This document shows positions 12,727 to 25,435 of a stretch of DNA of 64,000 nucleotides, piece after piece; the first letter of the stretch is position 1, and every line of letters starts with the position of its first letter. The notes beneath the pieces are model-generated. The model saw only the letters and a list, made by a program, of their open reading frames with translations. It was not told where the DNA came from and did no database searches. Both the position numbers and the translations under genes were made by a program. This DNA is from Chromera velia (lineage: Eukaryota). The stretch is taken from contig JAHBMJ010000090.1 of NCBI GenBank assembly GCA_018398765.1, positions 1 through 64,000 on the forward strand. Direction: 5' to 3'.

Positions 12727-13811
12727 TTATGCCTTCTTAGCGACGCGAGGCTTTCTCTTGGAGACAATCTCGACCTTCTTCAGATCTGCAGGCAGTCGGT
12801 GGAATTAAAAAAAAGGGGGGGAGGGACCCCATGTTGGCATGCGTGTGGACTGCCGCTTGGACCATGCGACAGTCTAAAAATCGGGCTGATTCACACGAGG
12901 GTCACCAGCAATGCTCACACAGAGCAACGTTCACAGGAAGCTTTTTAGTATTAATCAGAGTCCCTGCCTCTCCCTCCACGTTCATAAAAAGACCCGTGAG
13001 TTCCACCGCCCGCGGATTTTCTCCCTCTCTCCTTTGTGCACATAACAGAAGCAGCAGAGAGAACGAACAGGCACATCCAAAAATACAGCAGCGAGAAACG
13101 AGAAAAGGGGACAGTCTAACAAGTACAAAAAAGCGATGAGCCCGACACCCTCGTGCCCGTCTCTCAGTCGGGTAGGGGGGGGACGTCTAATTGAAATTCC
13201 CCCCCTGGTGTTCTCACGTCTTGCCTCGTCCACATGATCTTCTGTCTTATTCGGTTCGACTTACTGGGAGGAAGGGACTGGGACAGACGGTCCGCCTTAT
13301 CCTTGTCGGTCACCACAAGGGTGTAGACATAGCGAGAGCAGCGGAGCTTGAACTTGGTCTTCTTGTCGGGGGACTTCAGGACTCTAACCTCTGCAGCCAT
13401 CATGGCAACCCACCCGAAGGAAGGACAGTCACTCACCCGACAATCAAAATGGCAGACGAGAATGCAGATACTCTCGGGTCGAGAAACGGGAGAGGAGGGA
13501 GATACACGCAGAGAACCCATAATGCGAGCACGAGAATGCCGATCAGTTGATGAAAATGATTGTCATAGTGGCGATTTACTCCACTGACCCTTTGAGTCCT
13601 TCCTGTTGCGGGCCTTCTGAAGGAAGTCCCGAATGTCCTTTGTCTGCTTCGGCTGCACAGAGGATAGACAAAAGGGAGGGGGAGGTCGGAGGATGAGGGT
13701 AGTGAAGAAGCCGATTTGGTGATTGCGCTCGAGTCGGTAGAGAATGGAAACCACTACCACCGTGCTACTCAAAGACGCCGCTGACAGCTGCGATGCGCCA
13801 TGACTGACCAT
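12727..13811 (-). CDS. RPL38: 60S ribosomal protein L38 (eL38), 83 aa; exons 13811-13809, 13652-13589, 13390-13265, 12785-12727
   Basis: The spliced product is [83 protein letters not shown]. The [13 protein letters not shown] and SLPP signatures are present and all introns are GT-AG with matching phases. Confidence 0.97.
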
Positions 13812-14378
13812 AGTGATGGCTCCCTCGCTGAATGAACGCAAAGCACCTTTGCTTCCAATTGAATTCTGATTCTTTGACGGATCGTTCCGTTTCCCAAGCT
13901 GGGCCCGGCGTGTGCGAGGCTGCATGCATGGCAAGGAGGGGTTTTTCATTGCATGGCCACGGCATGTCTGACGCCAAAACTGCATGTGATGGCCACGTAG
14001 ATATACGATGTAGTTGTGAAACAGGGTGATTCATATATTAATAGTGATTCTCCTTCTTTGAATCTTCCTACGAGCTCAAGTGTGTACGTGTTCGACTCTG
14101 ACAGTTGCGTGTAAGGTCCAGTGAATTACCAAGGGATTTTAGTGAAGGAAAACCGTGGCAAAGAGGGTGACGCGGTTGAGAAGTGAGCAGAGACTTCGTT
14201 GTGCACGTACTCAGTAAGTGTTCGTAACTCCGCCAGATATCAGGGAATTGCCGGAAATTCTCTCACTGGCTCTTTCGCTGCTAAACAGGCAGTCTCAGTT
14301 TTGCTTCTCTGGTCTGAATTTTACGTCGCCCCCAAGGAAGGTGTCGTTGTTTGTTGTATCAGAATCAGTCGGTCAAAC

Positions 14379-16869
14379 ATGGAAGACCCGCCAGGAAGAA
14401 GAATCCCCGCCGGTGCCGTCCCATCATCAGCAACCTTTTGTGCCCCTGCGCCAGAGCAGCGAGGCCTAGACACAGGCATACCTCATGAAGACAGGTCGAC
14501 TATGGGAAGCGAGGTTGATCGGTTGATGTGCGCGATCGCGCTCCTTGTCTGGAGTGAAGCGGAAGTACACTTCGTTGTTGACTTGTGCCGCACCCAGAAC
14601 CTGACGTGTAAGACAGGGGGCTTCGAGGCCCTCCCGCATGCATTCGGTCGGTGAGATATTTTCTTTGCTGCTTGTCCTGGACAGGGAACCCGAGGCTCGT
14701 GATCGTTAGTGAAAGGGAACGCGCTCTTTCCTTGTTCTCGCAGACTGGCGTGGTGGGGCCGGGAGTCAAGTGAGCATTAGCTAGAGAATTCAGCTGGGTG
14801 TGGTTCGGTGTGTGAAAGAACGTGTGAAGAGATGTGGGGATTAATCATTTGAGACTTTGAGTGAGTGAGTGCGTGAATCCGTGAGTGGATGGATTGCGTG
14901 AGTCGGTCGGTGGGTGGATGGGGGGGTTGTATCACGCACACAACATTTTTCGTTTCTGCTTGCAGTACTCGTTTTGGAGGGAAGTCGAGGGAATATTCTC
15001 CACGTGCTGGGCAGCTGCGGCGGCAAGGACATCCCTTTGGACTTTTTGGTCCCGGAGATCGTGGCGGAGCTTCTGAGAGTAAGCAACCACGCCTCCATGG
15101 TGGAATATCTCACCAGGGCTTCCTTGCTGTTCTCTGGACATGCACTACGAGACAGTCGGGTCGTCGGCAGCCGTGTGACGCTCTCCGTCAGGGGAGACAG
15201 AAATGCGAAAATGGCGGCGTGCCAATCGCTCGTTTCGCTTTTGCCGCCGACTCCACCGGAAACAACCAGCCTCGCAGATGGTAGCAAGCCGAGGTCCCAC
15301 ACCTCAACAACTGCAGCATCACCTACAGATCTGCATCCACCACATCGAAACTCGGGAAGTCTTCACCCAATGCACCCCCACGGTGCAACAGACAACAGCA
15401 GAAGAGATAGCGAAGAGAGGTCATCTTTCTTCCCCTCCACCTGGCAGCACCCCCAACACACTCAAGCTCAGCCAGATCCCCAAACCCTCCCTTACCCTCA
15501 GTACCCGTCCGCGGCAGTCCCTGACGGGTTTTCCAGGGGGGCAGAGAGAGAGATTCTGCATGGGGGGACAGGGCAGTCTTCTCGGTTGCCTCACACAGGC
15601 GCTTATTCAGTGGGGGGGCGAAAAGCGTTCTTCACGTCTGGGGGTGAGAGGGCCTTGCACACGGACAACGCGTTGCAGAACTCCGGGGGCACACGGGGGG
15701 CCGGGGATATTGGGGGGGAGCGCGAGGGAACCGTCAGAGAGACTGTCTTCGTGCCAGCCTACAGAACCCCCCGTCTGGTGGGCAACAAGGGGGGATGTCT
15801 TCGCGATTTGAACTCACTCTCAGGTCTGTCTGCCTATCTGTCTGTACATGAAGAGAATGAGGGAACACAAAAAGAAGAAATTCAGTCTGTCTGTCTATCC
15901 ATCTGTCTGTCTGTCTGTCTGTCTGTCTGTATGTATGTATGTCTATCTGCCTATCATCTGTCTATCTGTCTGCCTGTCAGGCTGTCTGTCAGAAAAGAAG
16001 GGAGAAGAAGAAACATATAGTCTGTCTGTCTGTTCTTTCTTTTTGTCTGTTGTGTTCATGAAGAAAAGAAGGGAGAAGAAGAAACATATAGTCTGTCTGT
16101 CTGTCTGTCTGTCTGGAGGGAAGAAACCATATAGTCTGTCTGTCTGTCTGGAACGAAAGGAAGAGGAAAGGAAAGACAGGACGATGTAGTCTGTCTGTCT
16201 GTCCGTGTTCATGAAGAAAAAGAGGGAGAAGAAGAAACATATAGTCTGCCCGAAAGAAAGGAAGCGAAAAAGTCAAGTAAAGACAATATAGTCTGTCTGT
16301 CTCTCAGAAAAGGAGGGAAAGAAACCATATAGTCTGTCTCTCTGGAGAAACAAGGGAGGAAGGAAAGAAGGAAAGCAAGACAGAAGAGGTCATATTGTCT
16401 GTGGTTTGAAGTCATTTGGCTTCTCTCCGGATTGAAAAGCCACGTGGTCTGTTTGTTTGTTCTAAAAGAGACTGACCACCTTGTCGGCCTTTCGTGTGTG
16501 CTTCTTTCTGTCTTTTGAAGTTTCTCCCTCCCCTTCTGTTGTCTTCTCTTCTCTGTTGAGGGAGAGCGTGTGCGTTCCTTTTGTCCCGTGTCCACATGCA
16601 TGTCGTTAGTTACTTTTGCTTCTTTGATCCCCTCACCTGCCTGCAGGAGCGACTTTCTTCTGTGGCAGTGACACCGATGAGCACGGATACAAACCTGTCA
16701 GTCAGATGGGGCCGAAGGGTGTGAACAATGACTCTCTCCATGTATCTCCCTCTCCCTTTCTCGGCCTTTTTACTGTCTCTAGAAAACGTATTCCCGCAAT
16801 CTGGATCGATTTTTCGGATCTTCTTTCTGTCTTTTGTTTTTTCCTTCCTTCTTTCTTTCTTTCTTTTTT

Positions 16870-16903
<34 letters not shown>

Positions 16904-17525
16904 TTTCTTTCTTTCTTTCTTTTCTTTCTTTCTTTCTTTCTTTCTTTCTCTCTTTCTCTCCTTCTGTCTGTCTGTCTCTGGTCCCCACGTGCAGTTTTTT
17001 TCTTTTTTTTGTTTTTCTTGTTTCTTTTTCTATTTGTTGGTTTTTCTCGTCTTGTCTTCTTTTCTTCTCTTTCTTGTCTTAAGTGGAAGCAGCAGAGGAT
17101 TAACGTGTGAACCCAGTGATCACGTGAAAGTCTGTCGGGAGGTGGAGAGGCAAGGGGTGCTTAACTCTCACCTTTCGGGCCCCCTGCCCACGCTGTTTGG
17201 TTGTTGGTGCTGTTCTTTTATCTCTGTTCTTTCTTTCTTTTTGTCTGTTGTGTTCATGAAGAAAAGGAGGGAGAAGAAGAAGAAACATACGGTCTGTCTT
17301 TCTCTCTTTCGTTCGTTCGTTCTTTCTTTCTTTCTTTCTTTCTTTCTTTTTTCTTTCTTTTCTTTCTTTTCTTTCTTTTCTTTCTTTCTTTCTTTCTTTC
17401 TTTCCTTTCTTTCTTTCTTTCTTTCTTCTATCTTCCTTTTGTCTTTCTTTTTTCCTTCCTTTTTTTGTTCGTTCTTTCTTTCTCTCTCTCTCCCTTTCTT
17501 TTTTTCTTTCTTTCTTTCTTTCTCT

Positions 17526-17575
<50 letters not shown>

Positions 17576-17609
17576 TTTGTTCTTTCCATTTTTCTTTCTT
17601 TCTTCCTTG

Positions 17610-17640
<31 letters not shown>

Positions 17641-19621
17641 TTTTTCTTTCGTTGTGTTTTCTTCCTGACTCCTGCCTCAATTCTTTCGTTTTCATTTGCG
17701 ATCTCATGTCTTCCCCTCTGAAAGAAAGGAGGGGAAAAGGGAAAGAAAAGTTTTATAGTCTGTCTTCCTTTCTGCCTCTAGCTTTCCGGGACTTCTTTGT
17801 TCGTCCGCGCCTCATTCTCCCTTTCTTTCTTTCTTTCTTCCTTTTCTTCTTTCTGAAATCAGGTCTTCGTCTCCGGTGGTCCCGAAGAAGTCGAGCTGGG
17901 CGCTCGCATTCTGCGCAACAAACTCGCGACATGGAATGCACTGGAAACAAACGGGCCCGTCAGGTGTGTCTATATGTGGGTGGGNNNNNNNNNNNNNNNN
18001 NNNNNNNNNNNNNNNNNNNNNNNNNNNNNNNNNNNNNNNNNNNNNNNNNNNNNNNNNNNNNNNNNNNNNNNNNNNNNNNNNNNNNNNNNNNNNNNNGGGG
18101 GGGGGGGGGGGGGTTAATGGAAGGGCTGAGAGGAGAAGTAGTCTAGGAAAGGAAGAGAGGCCGGGGCAAGACAAGAACAAGCAAGGCAAAGAAAATGGTT
18201 GGTTCAGCTTCTGCATGTCATCGCTTTGTGTCAGATGACGCACGCAAAATTAAGGCCATGTTCCAAGTGGGCATACGCGAATTCTGTCTGCGGCACATCG
18301 TCTCCTGAACATGCATGCGTAAACAAATTTGGGGATAACGCAGTCTCTTCCCCTGTCAAGTCTTTTTTCGTTTTTGAATGGGAAAGTGTACACAATCACG
18401 AAAAGACGAAGGAGGACAAACGCATGTCGAAGCAGGTCGAGGAATGTCTAGTCAGGCTTTTTTATTAACAGCATATGCATGAATTGGTGTTGTATTATTA
18501 GAAAAAAGGTGACTGCCTGCCGAATTCTGATTCTCGATCATCTTCTGAAAAACCCTTGCATGGATGCATGTACTCTGTCTGGTTGAGTAAACACACAAAC
18601 TTACGTGCAGCAAGCAGATTGCGATTCCGGACCCGATCGTCTCCATGCTCATCGGAGCAGGGGGGAGGAGGATCACGGAGCTCCAACTGCTCAGTGGTGC
18701 TATCATCAGTGTGTCAGCACCCGAGACCAGATTCGAGCGAGACGTCCCGCCCGCCCCCCCCCATCCACAAGCAGTGGGGGACGGGCCTCCGCCCGCAGGC
18801 TTTCCTCCAGACGTGGTCAGTCAGTCAGCTAGTCAGTCCGTCCGTCCTTCCTTTTCTCCCCTCCCTCTTCCGGTTTTGCTTCCTGCCTCCGTGTGCGCGT
18901 CAGAGAAAGAGAAAATGAGGAAAATTAAGTGCGAGAGAGTGTCCCTATTACGTGTGAGTTTGATACATCTTTGGTCTCTCTCAATCTGCCTCACCGAATT
19001 CCTCTCTCTCTTTTGGTGTCAATCAGCCTCACCGAATACCTCCCTCTCTCTTTTGGTCTGAACGTCTGCTCACTGATTTGTCTCTTTCCTTCCTTTCTGT
19101 CGGTCCGTAAGCAGCTGAGCGATCCAGTCTGATCCCCCCCTTTGATGAGCTTTGCAGGAGAAAACACAACAGAGAGACAGAGAGAGTTGTCGTGTGCTTT
19201 CCAGGACCATTTCGCTCCTTTCATCGATTCGATTCGAAGTCTTGACCTTCCATTTCCTTTTCTTCCCTTAACCAAGCGGCCTTCCTCATTCCCCCCCATC
19301 ACTTCCTTCTTTAAGTGTGAGTGACTTCATGCATGGCTGCTTACTCGCTCGCTGCAGTGTACCACCACCGTCTTTCCCCTCCACTCACCGGACGGAGCCA
19401 TCACCCCCCCCACCTCTTTGCCGCCGCAACTTCCGGAGGCAGGAGCGACAGCAGCCTCTGCGTCTGCCCTTACAGCGGAAATGGCTGGGAGTGGCAACAC
19501 CATCCGCATCACTTTCCGCCTGCTGAGTTTGGTGGGGACTGAAGAAGCGACTGTCGAAGCAATGCGCCTTGTTGAGGACAGGGTGGCTCGGGTGAGACCG
19601 GGAGCCCCAGTACTGAAGTGA
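14379..19621 (+). CDS. KH-domain RNA-binding protein with two type-I KH domains, about 581 aa; exons 14379-14646, 14966-15823, 16647-16696, 17863-17963, 18611-18815, 19358-19621
   Basis: KH1: VFVPAYRTPRLVGNKGGCLRDLNSLSG|ATFFC...|VFVSGGPEEVELGARILRNKL. KH2: IAIPDPIVSMLIGAGGRRITELQLLSGAIISV...RLLSLVGTEEATVEAMRLVEDRV. Both have GxxG loops and the exon phases are consistent. A gap at 17985-18096 lies within an intron. Confidence 0.8.
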
Positions 19622-19635
19622 GAGGGAAGGGAAAC

Positions 19636-19666
<31 letters not shown>

Positions 19667-22654
19667 GCGAAAAAAAGAAGGGGCGCAAGAAAGAAGAAAA
19701 GGATTGTCCTCTGATGGACAACAAACACAATAAAAACAACTTTGCCAATCCTTTCCCTTGGCTGTTTTTCTCTTCCGGGGGGGGATGGAGCGGGAAAGAA
19801 GGGGGTCTGTAAAAGAGAGAGAAAGAGGGAGGGAGGGAGGGACGGGCAATGCACTCGCATGCGCATGGACACAGGCATTGATTAGGCATTGAGAGATACC
19901 AACCAAAGGCGTGCGTGCACGTGCCACACTCACCTTTTCCTTCCTTCCTTCCTTCCTTCCTTCCGACAATTCAATCAATCCTTTTGTTTGTGTTTGTCTG
20001 AGGGGGGGGGTGGCATAGGTACCCCATCGCTCTTCGAGAAAAGGAGAGAACAAAGAGAGAGACACATGGAGGGGTGGATGCTGAAAGAAAAGAGTGGAGG
20101 AAGGAGCAGCCATTCCTCTTCTTTTCTTTTTTTGGCGACCAGTCTTGTTCCTCAACTCAACTCAACTCAACTCAACTCGATCAAGAAAGAAAGAAAGAAA
20201 CAAAAGAAAAGAGCAACGAGGAGGGAGGGAGGGAGGGAGGGTGGACTGCGTGATCGATTGATGTGTTCTGGACGAAGAAATCAATCAACGCGTGAATGAG
20301 TCAGTGATGCATTCATTGGTTGTTGAAGTTCGAAAGCAGACAGACAGTTAGCTTTGCTTTGTTTTTTTCATTTCAGTGCGTACCTCTCTTCTCTTCTCTC
20401 ATTTACCTGTCACCAAAACATGAATGCATGCGTGCATGCGTATTCTCGACCGACTGACGACAACCATCCCCTAATTGCGCCCGTCCATTCACCCATCTGC
20501 CGAAGAGACGATGAACGAAAAAGCATCCATGGAACCGGCGTCATGCATGACTGCATTGCTTCCTTCGTTCCTGTCGTCCTTCCTCCTTTTCCCTCTCACG
20601 CCTTCCTTCTACTTGCGATACCGACGGTCGTCGCTTGGATAAAATAAAGCAGGAAAGGAAGAGAGATGAATTAAACGGAAGAGGAAGATTTGTTCAGAAT
20701 GAATTTGCTGATGTTATTTCTCCACCCGCCCCCCCATCCTGGCACTGATCTTTCTTCCATTCATTCATTCATTCATGCATGCATTAATTGACACATCCAT
20801 CAGGCAAGAGACTGACTGGCCAACGAGCCATCAATCAAAAAGGTCTCTGCATGGTTGGGCATTCCTTCTGGGCACCGCTGGAAGGACGGAGTTTTTCTCC
20901 CCGAACCTCTCTTCCCTTCCCCGCCCCGGTCGACTGGTGGCGCGAGGCTCATGCTCATGCCGCAGTCGCCTGGTTTATTCATTTATTCTTCGTCCACTCA
21001 CTCCCTCCCTCACTGGCATGTTTTTGTGTTTGCTGTTCATCGTCGCATGATGCTTTCTTTCCTTGATACCTAATGTTGATTTTGTCTGCGTGTGTCGACT
21101 CTCTTCTGAATCGGACCTTGATGTATGGGTGTTGGTGGAGAAAAGAAAAGGAGCTGGTCACACCTCATGCCTGCAAGCAAGAATGAGATCATCTTGCAAC
21201 TCTGCTTGCCTCTGTCAGTCGGTTGGAGTCTCTGTGTGTCGGGTCGATGAAAGCATGGAAAGAAACTATGTCCCTGATGCATGCACAAACCAGCTCGACT
21301 TCCAATTTCGTGATCGCGTTCTTTCTCTCTTTCTCTAACTCTCGTCATGAAGTCAGAGTCAGTGAATGAAGACACAGACTGAATGACGGAGGGGAAAGAA
21401 GGATGAATGAATGCACATGCCTGTACGACAACGCGACAAGGCGGCATGGATGCTGGCGTGGCGGTGTGCCGCTCTCTCTGTGGCATAGAGGCAAGACAGC
21501 CAAGCCAGAGAGGCAATGACGGGAAAGTAGCCAAGTCAAAGATGGGAAGTTAATGTCGATCCACTTGCGTAACTTGTTGTTCTTTTTCGTTTCCAAACTC
21601 CCTCATTCGTTCTTGCTTCCACCCCCTCCTTCCTTCCTCCCTTCCAAGCTCATTTGATTGCTTGCGTGTTGTTCGCAATCAAATGTTGGCCGACGGTTTT
21701 CTCAACAACAACTTTTGTAACTTCTTCGCTGGATTTCTTTCCTTCTCGCTTGCTCGCTCACTTTTCTCTTCCCCCAATAAAGTCTTCTGCTTGGGTCTCC
21801 TTCTACGAATGATAGCCTGCAGGAAGTGCAGCTTCCCGGCGACATCTTTTTTCTTCACTTGATTTGACTGAGGACGTTCATTTCCTCTCCTCTCTGCCTT
21901 CCTGCTTGCCTGCCTGCCTGCCTGCCTGCCTACCCTCGCTCTTGCGTAGTGGCATTATGTCGCTGTCTGCCTGCCTGCCTGTCTCTCTCCTCTGATGTTC
22001 TTTTTGTTGGCAAAGAATGAGAATTTCATCATGTGCTTGCAATCGCGTCCGTCCCTCCCTACCTGCCTGCCTGTGTGCCGGGAAGCCAGTCGATCGTTAA
22101 TTCTCTCATCAGTCAATGAATCAATCAGTGAATCAATGAATTCGATCGAACAAATCACGAAAGAGAGATCGATCGGGACTTCCTCCTTCCTCACTCATAA
22201 CTGGAAGTATCCTCTGGCGGATACAGACGGGAGGCAGGCAGGCAGGCAGGCAGAACTATTGCATGTCTTCGTCGTAGCTGTGCGTCGCGCCGTCAATGAA
22301 TGTGTCTGTCTGTCTGTCTGTCTGTCGGTCTGCCTGTCTGTCTGTCTGTCTGTCTGTCTGTCGGTCTGCCTGTCTGTCTGTCTGTCTGTCTATTCTTCAA
22401 ACAGCAGGCTGTCCGTCTGTATGTATGAAGAAAAGAAGGGAGAAGAAGAAACATATAGTCTGTATGTCTGTCTGGCTGTCTATTCTTCAAGCAACAGGCT
22501 GTCCGTCTGTTCAGAGGTTCTGCGACATCATATATCAATCAACAAATTTCTTCGGTTCCGTCAGTGTCTTGCCTCACTAACTCTCCTTTCCCTCCCAATT
22601 TGTACTTGCTTGTCACTTGCTTTTTTCTTTCTTTGCGTCCCTCAAAAAGTCAGG

Positions 22655-22713
<59 letters not shown>

Positions 22714-24228
22714 AGGCGAGAACTCCTTTCACAAGCCATAGCACCAGGGTCGAATGCGGGCCGAGAGAGGTACACGTGAAAGAAGAAAGAAGGGAAAGGA
22801 AGGCTGCAAGCCAACGTCGGTATATCCATCGCTTGACCTGATTCTCTCGTTTTGAACCGCGCTCCCGACCAGAGTCGAGGCTGGGCATGCAGCCAGTGCG
22901 CTTTCCGAAAGAGAAGAAAAAAGACGCGCACTCCTAAGGACTTTGCAATATGCTGTTAGATTGCTCCGTACAGACCGACCAGTCTTACCATACAACTGCC
23001 TGCGTGCGTGAGTGAAGTGAAGCAAGACAGATCTGGGGTACGAAGGCGTCTCTCGATCGATCGGTCGGTCTCTCTTGCCAACCCTTAAATTTGGTGTGTG
23101 CGTGTACATGTGTGAAATTCGAGTGAGATGGCGGGTTGGAAAGACAGTACGGGGTTGCTCTCTGCATGCATGCATGCATGCATGGACGGGTCGGGTTGGT
23201 TGGGGGATAACTACCCGCTCAAATCGATCGATCGATGGATCGGTGCGCCTCCCGCTTGAGTTCGGAACGAAAGAGTCTGATAGACAGAAAGCAGGAAGGA
23301 AGGAGGAGATATATATGCAGTCAAGTAATGAATGTTGTCGCATGACTTGAATGAATGAATGCATGTGCGTGTGTGCATTTGTTGACGGACGAATTCAATC
23401 AGACAAACAATCGGGGGTTGGGTGGGACGACAGGAGGAGGAGGAGGAAGAAGAAGAAAAGACCTGCTGGAGGTCTGTATGGGTCTCTCTTAGGCAAATCG
23501 AACGTTCTCTTGTTTGCCTGACGCAGCTCCGAAGGACAGTCAGTGTCTTTCGATCAAGCAGCGACAGAGAGGCAGAGAGAGCCACATCTTCACTTCAATG
23601 TTAGGTTGGATTGGAGAGCTCGAGCTAGAGAGACAGAGGGGAGCAAAGTCTGGTTCTGCGCATGCCGTGAGTGCGCAGGCAGGCAGACAGGCGGAATCGA
23701 ATCAAAAGGAGAGAGGCGGGGGGCGGGAAATGAGTACGTCGATGTTTCATTTCCGTCCTTCCTTTATTTTTTGGGGAATGAAAAGCCAGGCTACAGAAAG
23801 GAAGCCAGAAGGGTGGACAGGCAGTCTTCGAGATACCCAGATCCATTCCGGCCTATGCAGCACACACTATCCAACGAGGTCATCCAGCTCCCAGTCTCCC
23901 TGTTTTCTGAATCATCAAGCACCATGATAGCAGTCGAGTGAGTAAAAAAAAAAATTGAGGCAGAGAGGCGGGAAGGACCCAAGAAGGAAAGTCTGTCAAC
24001 TCGACCGATCGACCAAGTCGAGTTCGAACATTAGAGGAAATTTCGAGGGAAGAGAAGGGAAGATATGAGCAGCATCGATCCACGCAGGACGTCGGTCTGT
24101 GTGCTGATCGAGAACCGTCGCTTTCGCTTTCTCAAGGTGACGTCCTGCGGGGGACTGGACGAAAAAAATTCGGAGATGAGAAAAGCTTGCATGGGTGGGG
24201 CCTTTGCATGAATTCTATTCGCCTTCCC

Positions 24229-24311
24229 AGCGAGAGCAGTAACCAGGACAGAAGGAAGAGACGAAAGACGTATAGGCCAGACGCTAGGAACAAACTTTAA
24301 GTCAATGCCCC
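24229..24311 (+). mobile_element. Extremely 5'-truncated copy (3' end only) of the CRE-like non-LTR element
   Basis: About 85 bp that is the reverse complement of 24573-24658 with about 4 mismatches, flanked by the direct repeat CCTTCCC (24222-24228 and 24312-24318). Confidence 0.7.
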
Positions 24312-25017
24312 CCTTCCCCCATTTGACGTTACTACGAGCTTCGCTGCTTGCATGCTTTCATTTTATTCTGTAGCTGCGGAAGGGGGAGAGAGATAGACTT
24401 CTTGTATACAAGCCTTCGGAAGCATGTTCGGCCTATTATGGAAGCGTAAGCCTGCATGCAATGCTGAGAGTGCAGAATACAAGAGTATGGTTTGTCTTTC
24501 CCGCTCTTGCCCTACTTGACCAACTTTGAAGGCCATATATGTGTAGAGCCTTATTATGGCCCTTATATCTAGGGGGGGCATTGACTTAAACTTTGTTCCT
24601 AGCATCTGGCCTATGCGTTTTTCGTCTCTTCCTTCTGTCCTGGTTACTGCTCTCGCTGCTAGCTCTCTCTCTCATGCGACCTCATACTTGACGCTCCTCC
24701 GTCCGAATGCCTTCTTCGGCATTTACTCAGTACTTCCTATCCCTTAGTCATGACCAGCGTACTGCCTACTCCTCCTTCCTCCCATCCCTCCCCCTGCACT
24801 CCTCTGGTCCCCCGAATGCATGCGTTTGCCGCTTTTAGGTGGACAATCTGCAGTCGGGCTCGGATCCGGCCGCATATCTTGCTCACGTGTTGCCCCCATT
24901 TCTCACTCAATCGCTCTGCCACCCTCTTCAAGAACATCTTAGCCTCCCGCCCCATCGTCCCGTCGACCGCATTTACGAGTGGGGTGAAGTTGCATCCTCT
25001 GTCCGCGCTTGCCTGCC

Positions 25018-25328
25018 TGTGAGGGGCATTCTACCTAATAAGAACACTGAGTAATAAAGGGTTGGCAAGCGTCAGGCAGATGTGGGCCGGATGGGGGACC
25101 CAGGTCACATGGCGTGCATGGGTATATCACGAGGCCGCGCATCGTAAAGTCGGGCATGCTTTCATTAAGTGATTTTAATGAATTAAGTGCATGCTTGATG
25201 TGTCTGCTTGACGTCATCACTAAGAATTCTCGAGATTGACATTAAGTGCTAGACCAAACCAACCGATGCCTCTTAAACTTTAACCACTTGTATCTGATAG
25301 TACTAAAACTCCCGTAAAACAGCTTACA
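25018..25328 (+). repeat. 5' LTR
   Basis: TGTGAGGGGCATT...AAAACAGCTTACA, homologous to 30501-30817. Confidence 0.95.
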
Positions 25329-25435
25329 TCTGGTAGTTCAGAGCCTCGTTCTACCCTCAGTTAAGGGAGAGCGCTCTTGTTGAATTCAGTGTACTCAGAC
25401 TGGTTCAGTCTACCAACTGTCGACTCCATACGTCG

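Noticed and set aside
16706..18146. Long F/L/S-rich and K/E/R-rich ORFs
   Set aside because: They are translations of (CTTT)n and (CT)n microsatellites within KH-gene introns.
24228..24658. MITE with ~85-bp TIRs
   Set aside because: There is no TSD around the pair. Each arm has its own TSD, and one arm continues into a retrotransposon ORF.
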